DNA of 61,936 nt, filler included, from Sluysia triapertura (Eukaryota), in the NCBI GenBank assembly GCA_046118255.1. It is 5 parts of 5 records of this genome, joined end to end, with 100 filler letters (N's around TTAATTAATTAA, not from the genome) between each part and the next. Parts side by side here need not be neighbours in the genome. Positions count along the whole stretch, not along the records: positions 39,166 to 50,374 come from JBJNIA010187313.1; positions 50,475 to 61,936 come from JBJNIA010184490.1; 3 more parts are not named here. One strand, given 5' to 3'. The notes under the pieces were generated by a model, which worked only from the letters and a program-made list of their open reading frames with translations, had not been told where the DNA came from and searched no databases. Both the position numbers and the translations under genes were made by a program. How positions within the stretch are numbered: the first letter of the stretch is position 1; every line of letters begins with the position of its first letter. Positions 39,166-51,250 of the stretch are shown in pieces.

Positions 39166-39599
39166 GTTATGAAGTTGTATTAAACAATTTTGTTGTCGGT
39201 ATCATAAAACATTTGATAATATGATAATTTATAAAATAGGATAATTTAGTAAAATTGTTATATACATCATTTAAATTGGATAAGTTACTTTACGTACATT
39301 TAAATTAAATTAAATTAAATTTTGAATAAATAATTGAATAAATTTTTAATAATAAAATTTAAATTAATAACAAAATATTTAAATATTAAAAGNNNNNNNN
39401 NNNNNNNNNNNNNNNNNNNNNNNNNNNNNNNNNNNNNNNNNNNNNNNNNNNNNNNNNNNNNNNNNNNNNNNNNNNNNNNNNNNNNNNNNNNNNNNNNNNN
39501 NNNNNNNNNNNNNNNNNNNNNNNNNNNNNNNNNNNNNNNNNNACTTAATTATTTTTTTATTAAAATAAAAAGCAAAAATAATTGATAATTATTAAAAGC

Positions 39600-40491
39600 T
39601 TAATCGATATTCTTGTTAAATAAAATTCCACCAAAGCAAGCTGTCAAACCAATTGTTAAAACCTTTAGAAAAATCAAAATAGTTAAAAAGAAATTTAAAG
39701 GTTATAAAAATGAAGACTCTAAATAGCTATCATTAAAGTTGTTTCATATAATAAAGGACTGCCATTCCTAAAAATATTATTCTAAGAACAATTAGTTAAA
39801 TATAGAAAAGTTTCTGATATGACAATTGAAAACGATTTGATAAAATTGTCGTACAATCAATTAATGAATGTTTTGAGATAGTTAAATTTATGGTATTTAA
39901 ATTTATGGAAATAAAAATCAAGAATTTCTTGACTGTTATTAGATTCTTTTTGTGTTATATTTGTTATAAAATTGAATTTTCTGTTATATCGTTTTTCTTT
40001 ATATTTGTTTTGATTTAATCACTGAAATAAAATTAGAATCATGCCTTATGCCAGCTTTAAATTCAATTAAATTTTGTTTAATTATTTATCAGAATTAAAT
40101 TAAAGTAAATGCGATATAGAAAATCTTAGTAAAGGTACTGAAGGTGATTTTGAATTGCTTTTTAAAGTATTATACATTAAAGGGAATGTAACTGATAATA
40201 AATAATGTTGAACCATTCAGATGTATAGTTAATGTTTTAGTTGATAAGTTTCCAAAAGAACTTTTACAAAATATTGTTAACAAAATTCCAGAAATTTACT
40301 CCAGTTTAAACATAGTATATAGTGTCATTGATACTTTTAATTTGTTAAAATCTCAGAATTATAAACATGTACATGGTAATAGTAATATTCGACATTATTT
40401 TTTAACCCAGTGGGAAGGCGTATCACAAAATACTCGTTCCTCATACCCACCAAGATCTCGAATAGATCGAAACATTCAGCGAGTAATCTAA
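39600..40491 (+). pseudogene. Intronless coding remnant, possibly family X
   Basis: LIKLSYNQLMNVL and KIPEIYSSLNIVYSVIDTFNLL resemble IKAIDDPNQLLYL and MTLIYERLLGHEEVFLYLTNL of copy 1. Confidence 0.3.
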
Positions 40492-41839
40492 ATTATGTCT
40501 GTTACTTGAAATCTTAGACGCACTTAAAGATACAACTTTTAGTAACAACGAACTTCATTGTTTTAAGAAAAACCGGTACCGTACACGACGTCCCCTTTAT
40601 AAGATAAAAACGAAATACTTAAATCTTTTATCGAAAATTTACTTATAATAAGGTTTCGCTTATGATGAACCCAATTCATAATACATCAACATTTAGAACC
40701 GTTTCAAATCCTATATTTTTCACACTAAAACTCAATATCATAAATTAAGTCCTATTAGGATTTCAAAAAAATTTTCAATGCGGTTACGTAACCATAATCA
40801 ATAGGTTACTCAAGTTCGTATTATCAAATCACAGTTATTTTTGTGCTTAACTTATGGAATCCCGTAGTCGTGCATATTGTGCGATCACTAATATTGTGTA
40901 GATTGAACTAATTTCAATGTCACGAAATCGTAAAGTGCATAGTTTCGTAATCTTAAGCTTAAGCAATTAAATAATTATTATGGAATCAATAAATTGAACT
41001 ACCCGTTTGTAAATAAAAATTGAGCTAGTGTGCATTAATGATTGAATTTTATGGATTTTAAAATTTTACAATTGACTAGCCTTCTGAAGGTCTAGTTAAC
41101 GGGTCAGGAGTTTAAATCGTTTATTATAAAATAATTAAATAATCACCTATAAGTTTTATTAAATAACTTAATTATAACAATGTAGAACGTATAAAAAACT
41201 TAATACTTACAAATCTTAATATAATAAAAATATACGAATTTAATCAGGTGTGGTTTCTTAGGACTTTGGATTTTAAACTGAAATTGACCTAGCTTTAGGG
41301 TCTAGGATACACAATAGTTATTTTAAGTAATATTTTACAATTATCCTATTATAAAGTGAGCAATTTTTTAATTTAATAATAAAATAATCTTAAACATGGA
41401 CTAATTTTTCAGCAATATTGAAAATTGCAAAATCCGATTGTCGAAGATCAAAATTTTTTAATAATGGCGTCCAAATTTCATTATTTATTTATAGTGAAAT
41501 TTAGGTAGTCATATTGGTTGTTTTTCTTTCTCGAATTAGTTCGATGAAAAGATTAATTAATTAGTTAGATTAAATAAAATTAAATTAAAAGAAATATCAT
41601 TAAATTACTTATTTATTAAGTTTACATTACTTTATTTAATTAAAAATTTTGTTTTATTTAAAAATTTCTATTTAATTAATTTTGATTTAAACCATTTTTC
41701 TTATTTATTTAAATATTTTTATTAAATTAATTTTACACATTAAATTATTTTATTTAAATTTTTTTATTAATTTTATTCAGACAATTTGTAGGAACAAATT
41801 TTAATATAATACAAATTTACAAATTTTAGATACTTATAT

Positions 41840-42505
41840 TAATTTATGCTTCGCTCATATGTACGGCAAAATAAGTACTCAGAAGCGCTTAAAATAAATC
41901 ATTCAGTGTAATATTTCTGAAACAGAAAGAACGATGCCTTTTTTTAAAGATTTCGTATTCCAGTAATTTGACATTCTCTTGTAGTTGCTTGTTTATTTTT
42001 GAAACATAAACGGAATATAACCTGTAACCTAGCTTATTATCACTGTGGATTCTTTATTTATTATTATGTCTCAATGAAATATTCATCTTGGTTTCCAATT
42101 TTTATTATTTCTAAGAGATAATCAGGACTTCCGTAATGTAAGCATTTGTAAATTATTGTCATGATTTTGAATTCAATTCTTGCTTTTATTGGCAACCTAT
42201 GTAATTCCTTAAGATAAGGTGTTACATGAGATCTTCTTCCCACTTAGAGAATTAGTCTTGCTGCTTGATTAATTATTAATTGTAATTCACTTTTCTATAT
42301 GAATCTTTGTACAGTATTCCATTGTTAAAATCTCTGTTGTTAGTTATCAATGAATAAACAATTAGTTTGGCTGCTTTATTAATAAATTTTCGAATATTTG
42401 ATATTTTATTTAATTGATATTTACACTTTTTAGCAATACAATTAATATTTTCTTCCATGTTCATTTTTGAATCCATATAACAACCTATACATGTACTAAA
42501 AATCG
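41840..42505 (-). mobile_element. 5'-truncated L2/Crack-type LINE (post-RT ORF2 tail and 3' UTR)
   Basis: CIGCYMDSKMNM..YQLNKISNIRKFI..AAKLIVYSLI, QAARLI..RSHVTPYLKELHRLPIKARIEFKI..YKCLH; 3' AAGCGCTTCTGAG motif. Confidence 0.85.
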
Positions 42506-42699
42506 TTAATTTTATATGATTTACAATTAAGTTGCTTGTAAGAGTCTCTCTTAATAATAAATAAAAATAACGATACTCTGTTCGTGTAACATAAATATTT
42601 AAAATTACTTTAAATCTATACTTGTTAAACTGACTAGAAGATGCAATATTGTTCGTGGTCTTAGTGTGAATTTTATTGGTTTGTAGATTATGGCTAAGT

Positions 42700-43800
42700 G
42701 CGTTATTTTGTACTGACATGAGCAAATCATTCAAACGTCCCAAGTGTTCATTACTGAATTGATTTTTAAGCCATGATAATTTGATTCTAAGATACTATGA
42801 AAATAACAGCAACGTACGCCAAATTTAAGACATGCCGGATTCGTATAGCTGAGATGGACACTGTGCCGAAATTTTATAGATATCAGAAATTACACTTGGA
42901 TTAGAAATAAGTGATTTAGATTGATTGATCTTGTGGTTGATCAGATTGGATATCATACTTTGTTTACTTTTGACTTCATTATAGTTAACCATATTCATTT
43001 GAGATCGTATATATATTACAATTAAACCTTCAAAAATAAATGATGGAAAACTAAGGTCCATATTTTTACTATTATAATTAGCAGTGAATTCACTTATGTT
43101 GGCTTTATTAAAATTTTGATATAAATTTACTTGATTGGTAATATTGACGATAAAATTAGGATCTCTTCGATTCAAGGAGAGTAAAATAACTTCTGAAGCA
43201 GTATTATTTCTTAATGTACTGATCTTGTTGACTAAACAAGTATAAGATATATCTGAAAGATATTGTATTGATCCTTTATACAAATTATCCAGATTTATTT
43301 TGTATAACATCAACAAACGAATGTTAATAATGCGTGGAATGCATAATTTGAACACGTTCTAGATCAGATGTATCGTATAAAAATATTATTGAGTTTTCAC
43401 CATAATTAAACTCTTCATGAAATGAATTAACTATCTTTTCGGAGTGTTGACAAAATTTGGAAAAGAAATTACCAAAGAATCTCTTACTATTATTGAAATC
43501 GTTCTTTGCTTTTATTAAAAGTCCATTGAGTACATGATTATTAATTAATTTTAAGACAATAATGAAATTATTAGTTTGTGATTCCTTTTCATCATCAAAA
43601 TATTTCGCTTTGATTCTGATGAAATCTCTTTCTCTTATAATATACATATTTCTTCCATTCACTGAAAACATATTATACTTATGAAACAAATGTGTAAAAA
43701 TTTTTTGGTATTCGTAAATTTTTAGTACTTTTTTTAAATCTGATTTTTATTAGATTCTATTTTTAGATTTTTACCTGTCTCGAAAAGTAATTTTTAATTC
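42700..43800 (-). pseudogene. Intronless ORF of unknown family X, copy 2 (frameshifted)
   Basis: ORFs 43324-43689 and 42825-43355 align in order with 11150-12068: VQIMHS/VVIHS, IQYLSDISY/IKNLSDSKSY, LISNPSVI/LISPSTI. Confidence 0.5.
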
Positions 43801-43876
43801 TAGCCAATAAAATTATGTTAAATTGTGCACAGTTTTTATTATTTTCTATTATTCGTAACAGAATAGAATCGACTGT

Positions 43877-44098
43877 GATTGGGCGTCCAATACTAGTAAT
43901 TAAAAATAAGATACAAAAATAGTAATTATTGGACGTCCAATCAAAGTAAAATAGAAGTTGACCAAAGTGATAGATTGTTGTGTTAGTAGTTGCGTTACTA
44001 GTTGCAAAATTTGATTAACGCGCTAAGCATCTGTCATCAGTCGACAGTTAACACGATATGCTGAGTTAATTTTAATTAAACTGTCGACTGGTGACAGA
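43877..44098 (-). promoter_or_regulatory. Cargo-cassette upstream module: 20-bp hairpin plus paired CCAAT palindromes
   Basis: Arms 44030-44049 and 44079-44098 (19/20 match); ATTGGACGTCCAATC at 43928 and GATTGGGCGTCCAAT at 43877. Confidence 0.55.
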
Positions 44099-45895
44099 CT
44101 ATTGAAATAAAATACAACAAGCAAATTAATGCCAGCAACAATAATGATAATAAAAATGGTTAAAATAATGATGATAAGTGTAATAAATTGAATAAATAAA
44201 ATAATAATAATACATAAACTTTATTCTTTGAAAATAAAATTCTTTTCCCTTACAAATAAATAAATAAAATTACATAAATATTAATTTCTTTGGATAAAAT
44301 TAATCTTCTTTTCATAGAACATATACAATTAATTTAAATAAAATTTTATTTGAATCCGAATGTTCAGAATGGTTTTAAAGTGTGAGTTTAATGTTTTGCA
44401 AAGATGTTAAAGAAATTACATATTGATTATAATGTTTTAAAGTGATTTTGAAATGTGAATTTAATGTTTTTCACTGATTTTAATGATGAAGTGTTGAAGG
44501 ATTGTGAACTTGAAATGTTTTGAATTAATTTTGAAATGTATATATGATAATTTAAGATGCTGAGTATGATTTTAATATTGTGAAATTGTGAATTTAAAGT
44601 GTTTTAAAGTATCGAAAATTTTAAAGAATTCTAAAGAAGTGAATTATGAAATATTATGAAGTGTGATTTATTTTATTCGTAATGTTTAATTAAAGTTTTA
44701 AGATTAATTAAGTTTTAAGTTTAATTAAAATTTAAAGTTTAAAAAATCAATCATCTGTATTTCACAACGTGTTTCCAACAAGACAATTTGCTTGACAATT
44801 TAATATTTTTTTGAAATTAAAGTTTTGTCATAAAATTTGTAGCATATAAAAAATCCGAATTATTAATTTTGTCACTTTTATTTATTTTTTATTACGTTTT
44901 GTAAGTAGTTTCATTGTAAAATGAACTTTTGAGATAATCTTAGTTTTAACTCTTACATTTTTAGTTTTATTTTGTGCAATAGTTTTTATAATTTTATATT
45001 TAATAAATTTCATTTTTACTGTTTTTTTTTCGATGTAGTATGTGATAATTTCGGTTTTTCTATCATAAGTAAAAATGTTCGACATTGTCCACAATTTGAA
45101 TGTTTCTTCATTCCTAAGCTTAACAGAACGTGAAAGCCCAACAGACCTCTCTTAGTTTATCTAAAGCTGAACCTATTTCAATAAATTTATTGTAAACAAT
45201 TCTTATTGCTTATAATTTTCGTTGTAATTTTCGTGACATTTTTATTAACGGTTTAACAACGATAACATGTTCAAAATATTCCGCTTAATGAAAACTTGCA
45301 TTAATTAAATAAAATAAAGCTTTAATAGGGATGTTATAATTTTGATGAGATATTTGAAAATTCGTTATGTCATATTGTATTATATAGTACTCGTTTTATA
45401 TCATATTATATTACATTATATATTATATTATATTACATTATATATTACATAAATATATAGTATAAAATATAATATATTTTCAAAATCTTACAAGTGAAGA
45501 GTTTTATAATGATACAGTGATAAATTTTATATTTATATAACCCAAGCCGTGACTATTTTAAGACAATTATTGTTGAGTTTTCAAAATTAAGTAATTTCGT
45601 GCACATGTAAAAAAATTCTGTTTCATCAAATAGTAACTAATTGTTATTTTTAAACTTGCCATTGAACAATATTCATTTGAAACATGTGGCAATCACTCAA
45701 TGTTTATTATATTTATATAAATCTTCAAACTTAGGTACATTGAAGATATTAAGTATTTATCATAACATAATGTACACTGATGTTTCATTATGTTCAATTT
45801 ATAGATTTTAGAACGGGTTCTCATAAAAAGAAAGTCAGTATTTTGATTTTAAACAAACTTATTTTAATAAATTTTAATATTGTTTTGCAAATCAG

Positions 45896-45928
45896 GATAT
45901 CAAATGACACTCCCAATACGTGAAGCAG
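45896..45928 (+). CDS. Probable 33-nt internal exon of the zinc-finger gene
   Basis: CAG| ... G|GTTAAG; phase 1 to phase 1 reading YQMTLPIREA joins in frame to 46642. Confidence 0.45.
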
Positions 45929-46641
45929 GTTAAGATGTTTTACTATTTATATATAAATTTTGCGTAATATTACAATAAATAAGTTATTAAAGATCTAAAT
46001 ATTTAGATTGATATTTTGAAGTTCACTTTTCAATTGATTTTTTGTGAGAATTTTCTGTAAGCCATGCATGCAGTTAATATTTTCATATAAGTCTTTCATG
46101 AATTTAATCTTTTTTCTTGAATTTATTCACTCCTTAATTCTAAATATAGATTTAATGTATTTTCTTTCAGTAAGACAAAAAATATTTTTAGTGTTCAATG
46201 ATATGTTAGAATTGTAAAGGATTTGAGGAATATTGTCATTATTATTGTTATTACCATTGTTAGATGCGATTTTGTATGTATGTTTGCTTTTAAAAAGGTT
46301 GAAATCGGCCTCGTTAGATTAATGTTTATGTCGTTTAAATATAATAGAGTCTGAGCCTAAACTNNNNNNNNNNNNNNNNNNNNNNNNNNNNNNNNNNNNN
46401 NNNNNNNNNNNNNNNNNNNNNNNNNNNNNNNNNNNNNNNNNNNNNNNNNNNNNNNNNNNNNNNNNNNNNNNNNNNNNNNNNNNNNNNNNNNNNTCTTACT
46501 GTTAAGATTACTTAGTCAAGTAATATTAATTATTATGTATTACTCAAATTAGATAAAGCACTTTTCGATTTTGTCATAGTCTAAACTATTAAAACAATTT
46601 TCAAAATATGAATTTTTTTGATTATTTAATAATAATTTTAG

Positions 46642-46892
46642 ATAAACAAGCACAAAAAGAATTTGATTTTAAAACCAGTTCGTACTTAAATCAATCATCT
46701 AATATCACTTCAGTTGAAGCTAGTTCTGTTTCTGGAGTTTTTTTAAATAAAACATTATCATGCCATCTATATCAGTGCCCACAAATTGGTTGTGAAAATC
46801 AATATAGACAAGCTTCTCATGTGCAAAGTCACGTCTCTTCCATGCATCCAGACCTGATCACAACTTATGGAGTTAATTTTTTGTCTTACTAA
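46642..46892 (+). CDS. Terminal exon encoding one C2H2 zinc finger
   Basis: TTTTAG| phase-1 acceptor; YQCPQIGCENQYRQASHVQSHVSSMH (C-x4-C-x12-H-x4-H); stop, then AATAAA downstream. Confidence 0.75.
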
Positions 46893-47435
46893 ACTAATCT
46901 GGATCATATTTAATTACTCTGAAAAGGATAAAACTTAAACATAATTTGTATATTTTTTAATGACGATACTTTAATAATAAAATATTATGTGCTTAAAAGT
47001 AAAAATGCAATAAAATATTTCTAAAAAAATTCAATCGACTTAAACTTAGTATTTAACGTTAAAATATCAAAATTGAAAAAAATTCACCGATTCAGGTTTC
47101 AGTGATAAGTATGAATCCTTGTTAAAACTATGTTTTTCTATTCTTCATTATATGATTAATTTTGCCTTGATAACTGCTTTTAAACAATTCTTGTTACTTG
47201 TTGAAAATAATTCACTGTCTATACTACTTCAATCGTATAACTACTAACTATCTTTACTGTGTCTTGACTATTTTCTTTATGGTTCACTACGACTTTCCAT
47301 TGCCAGGTTAATAAATTAACAAGTCCTAATAATTCAAGCACAAAAACTGGTTATTCAAAATTTATCTTTTGATATTAACTTTGACACCGGGGTTATATTT
47401 ATTAGACTAATTGTTACTTTCAATTATTGTGAAAT

Positions 47436-47785
47436 TGTTGAGATTGTCCATTTGTGGAGTGGGAAGAATTAATACAAAGTGACGAACAGAGTATAATAAA
47501 ACATATTTGGAGTGAGAATAATGATCATATTGAGTATTGAAAAATACATTGGAATTATAAAGACCATTAAGAGGTGTTGAGAAGGGTTTGGAAAAACGTT
47601 TTGAAGAAGTAAAGTACCTTTGAAATAGTGAATCTTGAAATCATTTGAAACCTTATTAACCTGTTAGAATCTTTGAGACATTGATAAGCATTTGAAATTT
47701 TTAAAATATTTGAGAAATAAAATCATGGTTAATAATATTAAAGATAAATTTGATACATTAATAATTGACACGAAGAATCAGAATG
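47436..47785 (+). mobile_element. Family A 5' fragment
   Basis: Starts TGTTGAGATTGTCCA; colinear with 6021-6400. Confidence 0.7.
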
Positions 47786-48647
47786 ACTTATAAGTACCAA
47801 CAACTTTAATCTTTAATTATTTTATTGATTTATTTTTAAAATAAAATTTAATTTTTGTACATTGTTTAGTTGTTTTTATTGTTATTTTTATAATTACAAT
47901 TTTAAAACCATTTAAGAATTGATTTTTCGGAGGCTCCATGACCATATTTTTAGAATAAAATTTAAGTTAATCTTAAGGAACCATTATGCCCAATTTATTT
48001 TATTATTGAGATTTAAACTTATTTTCAGAAGATATCATCATTACCTTCTAATTCTATACCTTGTAAATTGTGTTAGGAGAGCAACCCTTTTGAGGTAATA
48101 AATTAATTAATTTCTAGCTGGTAGATAACTATAGGAAAGTTTTACGACCAGTTTTATTTTTACTTCTTGGGTGAACTTCATTGTTGGAAAAGAATTCCAT
48201 ATATTTAATTTTAATTGTTATTAATATTTTTAGAATGTTTTATTTTGTAGCACATTATTAGTTAATCATTTTTATTTAGTCTTTATTATTTTATTGTGGA
48301 ATAAGGAAGATAGTTCTTTTTAAGCGATGAAGATTTTCATATTTATTGAATATAATAATAATCTCCCAATAAGATTATAGTGTTTTCTGAATAAGGGTTG
48401 TTAAGTATTAATTGTTATTTTAATTTAATATTACAATATTTATTGATAGGTACATATATATTATAATTATAAATACCTAGAAAAGTAAAGTTTCTAATTT
48501 AGTACATTTACTTCATCAACATGCACAAATTTATCTAAATTTGAAAATTCTTTCTTTATTCGTTGCACCGGCGAATATATATGTATAATATGTATGCATA
48601 ATATAAATATGTATATATTTAATTTGGTTTCATTTTTATTACATTTA

Positions 48648-49264
48648 CAGTGGGATGCGAAATTTTTGCACCCTAAAATAACTAAAAAACTTAACTAAAT
48701 ATTATCGCACCCTATGTAAAAATTTAAAATAAAATCAGAACTCTAGTGTAAAATAAGTTAAAATCAACACAAAAGCTTAAATTATTGATTCTATTATTCT
48801 CTTTCTACATTTTTTAATATATTAATAACACCTTTGAATTAAATTTTGTTTTAATAATTATCGCACCTTTAAAACTTACCGCACATTTTTTGAAATTTTA
48901 GGAAATATACGGTAAGTTGCTTATTAGTTGGCTTGTTAATTTGCTTATTAATTAAAATTTTAGCGCACTCATGGAAGAATCTGGAAAGAAACTTACAATG
49001 AAAGAAAAGAAAGAAGTAGCAGAAAAAATAAAAAATCCAAGGTGGGGATATAAAAGAATATCCAGGGAATTTAATATTACTGTTTCGCAAGCGAGAACAA
49101 TTAAGATAAATTTACATTACGTTATAGGAAATAAAGAATTTTCAGGTAATAATATTCGAGTTAGGACAAATGCTAAATATGGATTTTTATTAGAAAAAGT
49201 AAAAAATTTAAGGAATAATGGATTTCCAATATCAAAAAATATTTATTTAAATTTTATGTTTTAA
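48648..49264 (+). mobile_element. pogo/Tigger-like DNA transposon 5' end with CENP-B/psq-type HTH ORF (48971-49264)
   Basis: TA|CAGTGGGATGCGAAA terminus, repeated TATCGCACC, KKLTMKEKKEV..ISREFNITVSQARTI..RNNGFPIS. Confidence 0.75.
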
Positions 49265-50374
49265 AAATTTTAATTTTAATAATTTTTTAAATATTTATTT
49301 ATATTTATATATTTATTGTAAAAAATATAAGTATAATAATTTGATATTATTTAATTATTATTTATTTTACTAAAAATACTAAAAATAAAAAACTATTAAC
49401 GATTCTAAAAATACCTTTACATACATAACGATTAATTAATTCTTCAAAATGTTAATAAATTTTAAATCTTTTATCAATTTCGTAAATATTAATAGTTGTT
49501 TCGAATAAGTTAATTCTTCTAAATATTAGTGAATTATTCCAAACAATCTTCTTTAATTAGATCTTTCAAATACAACCGTCTCAAATATTAATGTTTTTAA
49601 AATAATTTTCGTTCATGGAGCTAAAATCAATAAATTTTAGCTGTTTAACATTATTTATAGTAATTTATAAATAGAATAATAAATTTACTATTTAAAACAA
49701 TATATTTTTTAAATTTAATAATTTCTAGTATATTAATAATTTAATATTTTTTATAAATATTTTTAACACATATATTATTAAAAATATTTTTAATAAATAT
49801 ATTATTTTAAATTTAATAATTTTTAATAATTTAACATCAATAATATTTAAAAATAAAAATTCAAAATATAACACATTAATAAATGCATTAATACATACGT
49901 TACAATAATAAACTTAATGTTTTAAAACTTGTAGTAACTTAAACTTATAATACATCCAAATGAAGGATAATTTCCTTGACTTTTATAATATATATAAATT
50001 ATTCATTGTTAAGAAAGGAGTGTATGCGTTGAATAAATCAAAAAATAAAGAAATAAAAATAAAAAAGTTATTTGAAAATTTAATTTTAATTTAATAATTA
50101 TATATAAACACCAATTTGTTATAATCAATTTAGTTTAGTAAATGTAAAAAATCGGTACATTCTGCCATAATTTAAGCAATTTAATTTGTATAATCAGTAA
50201 ATTACCAAATGTTATTACATATAAGTAAAAAATTTTGTAATCAACTATAAATCATGTTTTATAATAATTATAAATAAAAAATGCATTATAAACATGTAAA
50301 GAATTAATATATAAATTATTTGAATTTAATAAAGAATAGAATTTAATAAAGAATTATAACAAAATAATATATTA

Positions 50375-50474
50375 NNNNNNNNNNNNNNNNNNNNNNNNNN
50401 NNNNNNNNNNNNNNNNNNTTAATTAATTAANNNNNNNNNNNNNNNNNNNNNNNNNNNNNNNNNNNNNNNNNNNN
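50375..50474. other. Assembly spacer N44-TTAATTAATTAA-N44
   Basis: Same structure, followed by an (ATAA)n microsatellite at 50475-50548. Confidence 0.97.
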
Positions 50475-50475
50475 A

Positions 50476-50551
<76 letters not shown>

Positions 50552-50559
50552 GTAACTAA

Positions 50560-51250
50560 CGATCTAAATTCTGCATATTTTAACATATGTGTCATAAAGT
50601 TAGTAAGCATCTTACAAAGTTCTTGCAGCAAAATATGAGAAACTAAACTCGAACGGTCTTGTATTTCTAATATATTTTTAGATATGTAACTAAGACTACA
50701 GTAAAACTTGATACTGTTATAATAAACATCGATTATTCTGTTCGTCTTTCGATTTAATCATCAATTCTTCAACTTGCATTACTAAATGCATCATACGACC
50801 ATGATGTTCGCTGGAAAAAAATGTATCCTGCTCAAGCCATTGATAATAACTAAACTAATTTTAAGAGATTCAAATTTATTCCGCAATTCGCGTTTTAATA
50901 GTTATTTTCTTTGATAGGTTTAAGAAAAAAGATTCACAAAATTAGAACTGAACAATCTAAATGACATTTCTAATTTAATAACGATTTTGTTAAATGAATC
51001 TTGAGCAAAATTATCTAAATATCAGGTTTCAAAGGTTTCGCTTTAAGAAAAACTTCTAAGATATTTTTAGTCGATTTCGACGTTTTCTGTTAAAACGTGA
51101 AACTTTAAAATACATAATTTTTCGGGTAAGTTTCATAAAACGGTCCTAAAAACATTCTTCTTATTCCATTTGAGTTTCGTTAGTACATTTAGGAAGATTA
51201 AATCTAGTAAGGTTTGTATAAAAACCTAATTTGACAATAGCTGATCGTTT
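50560..51250 (-). pseudogene. Intronless coding remnant, possibly family X
   Basis: RMMHLVMQVEELMIKSKDEQNNRCLL*QYQVLL with many stops; degenerate ATTGGATGGCCTAA upstream at about 51354. Confidence 0.25.

Noticed and set aside
42276-42743. 155-aa ORF as a single gene
   Set aside because: Chimeric read-through from the cassette tail into a truncated LINE fragment.
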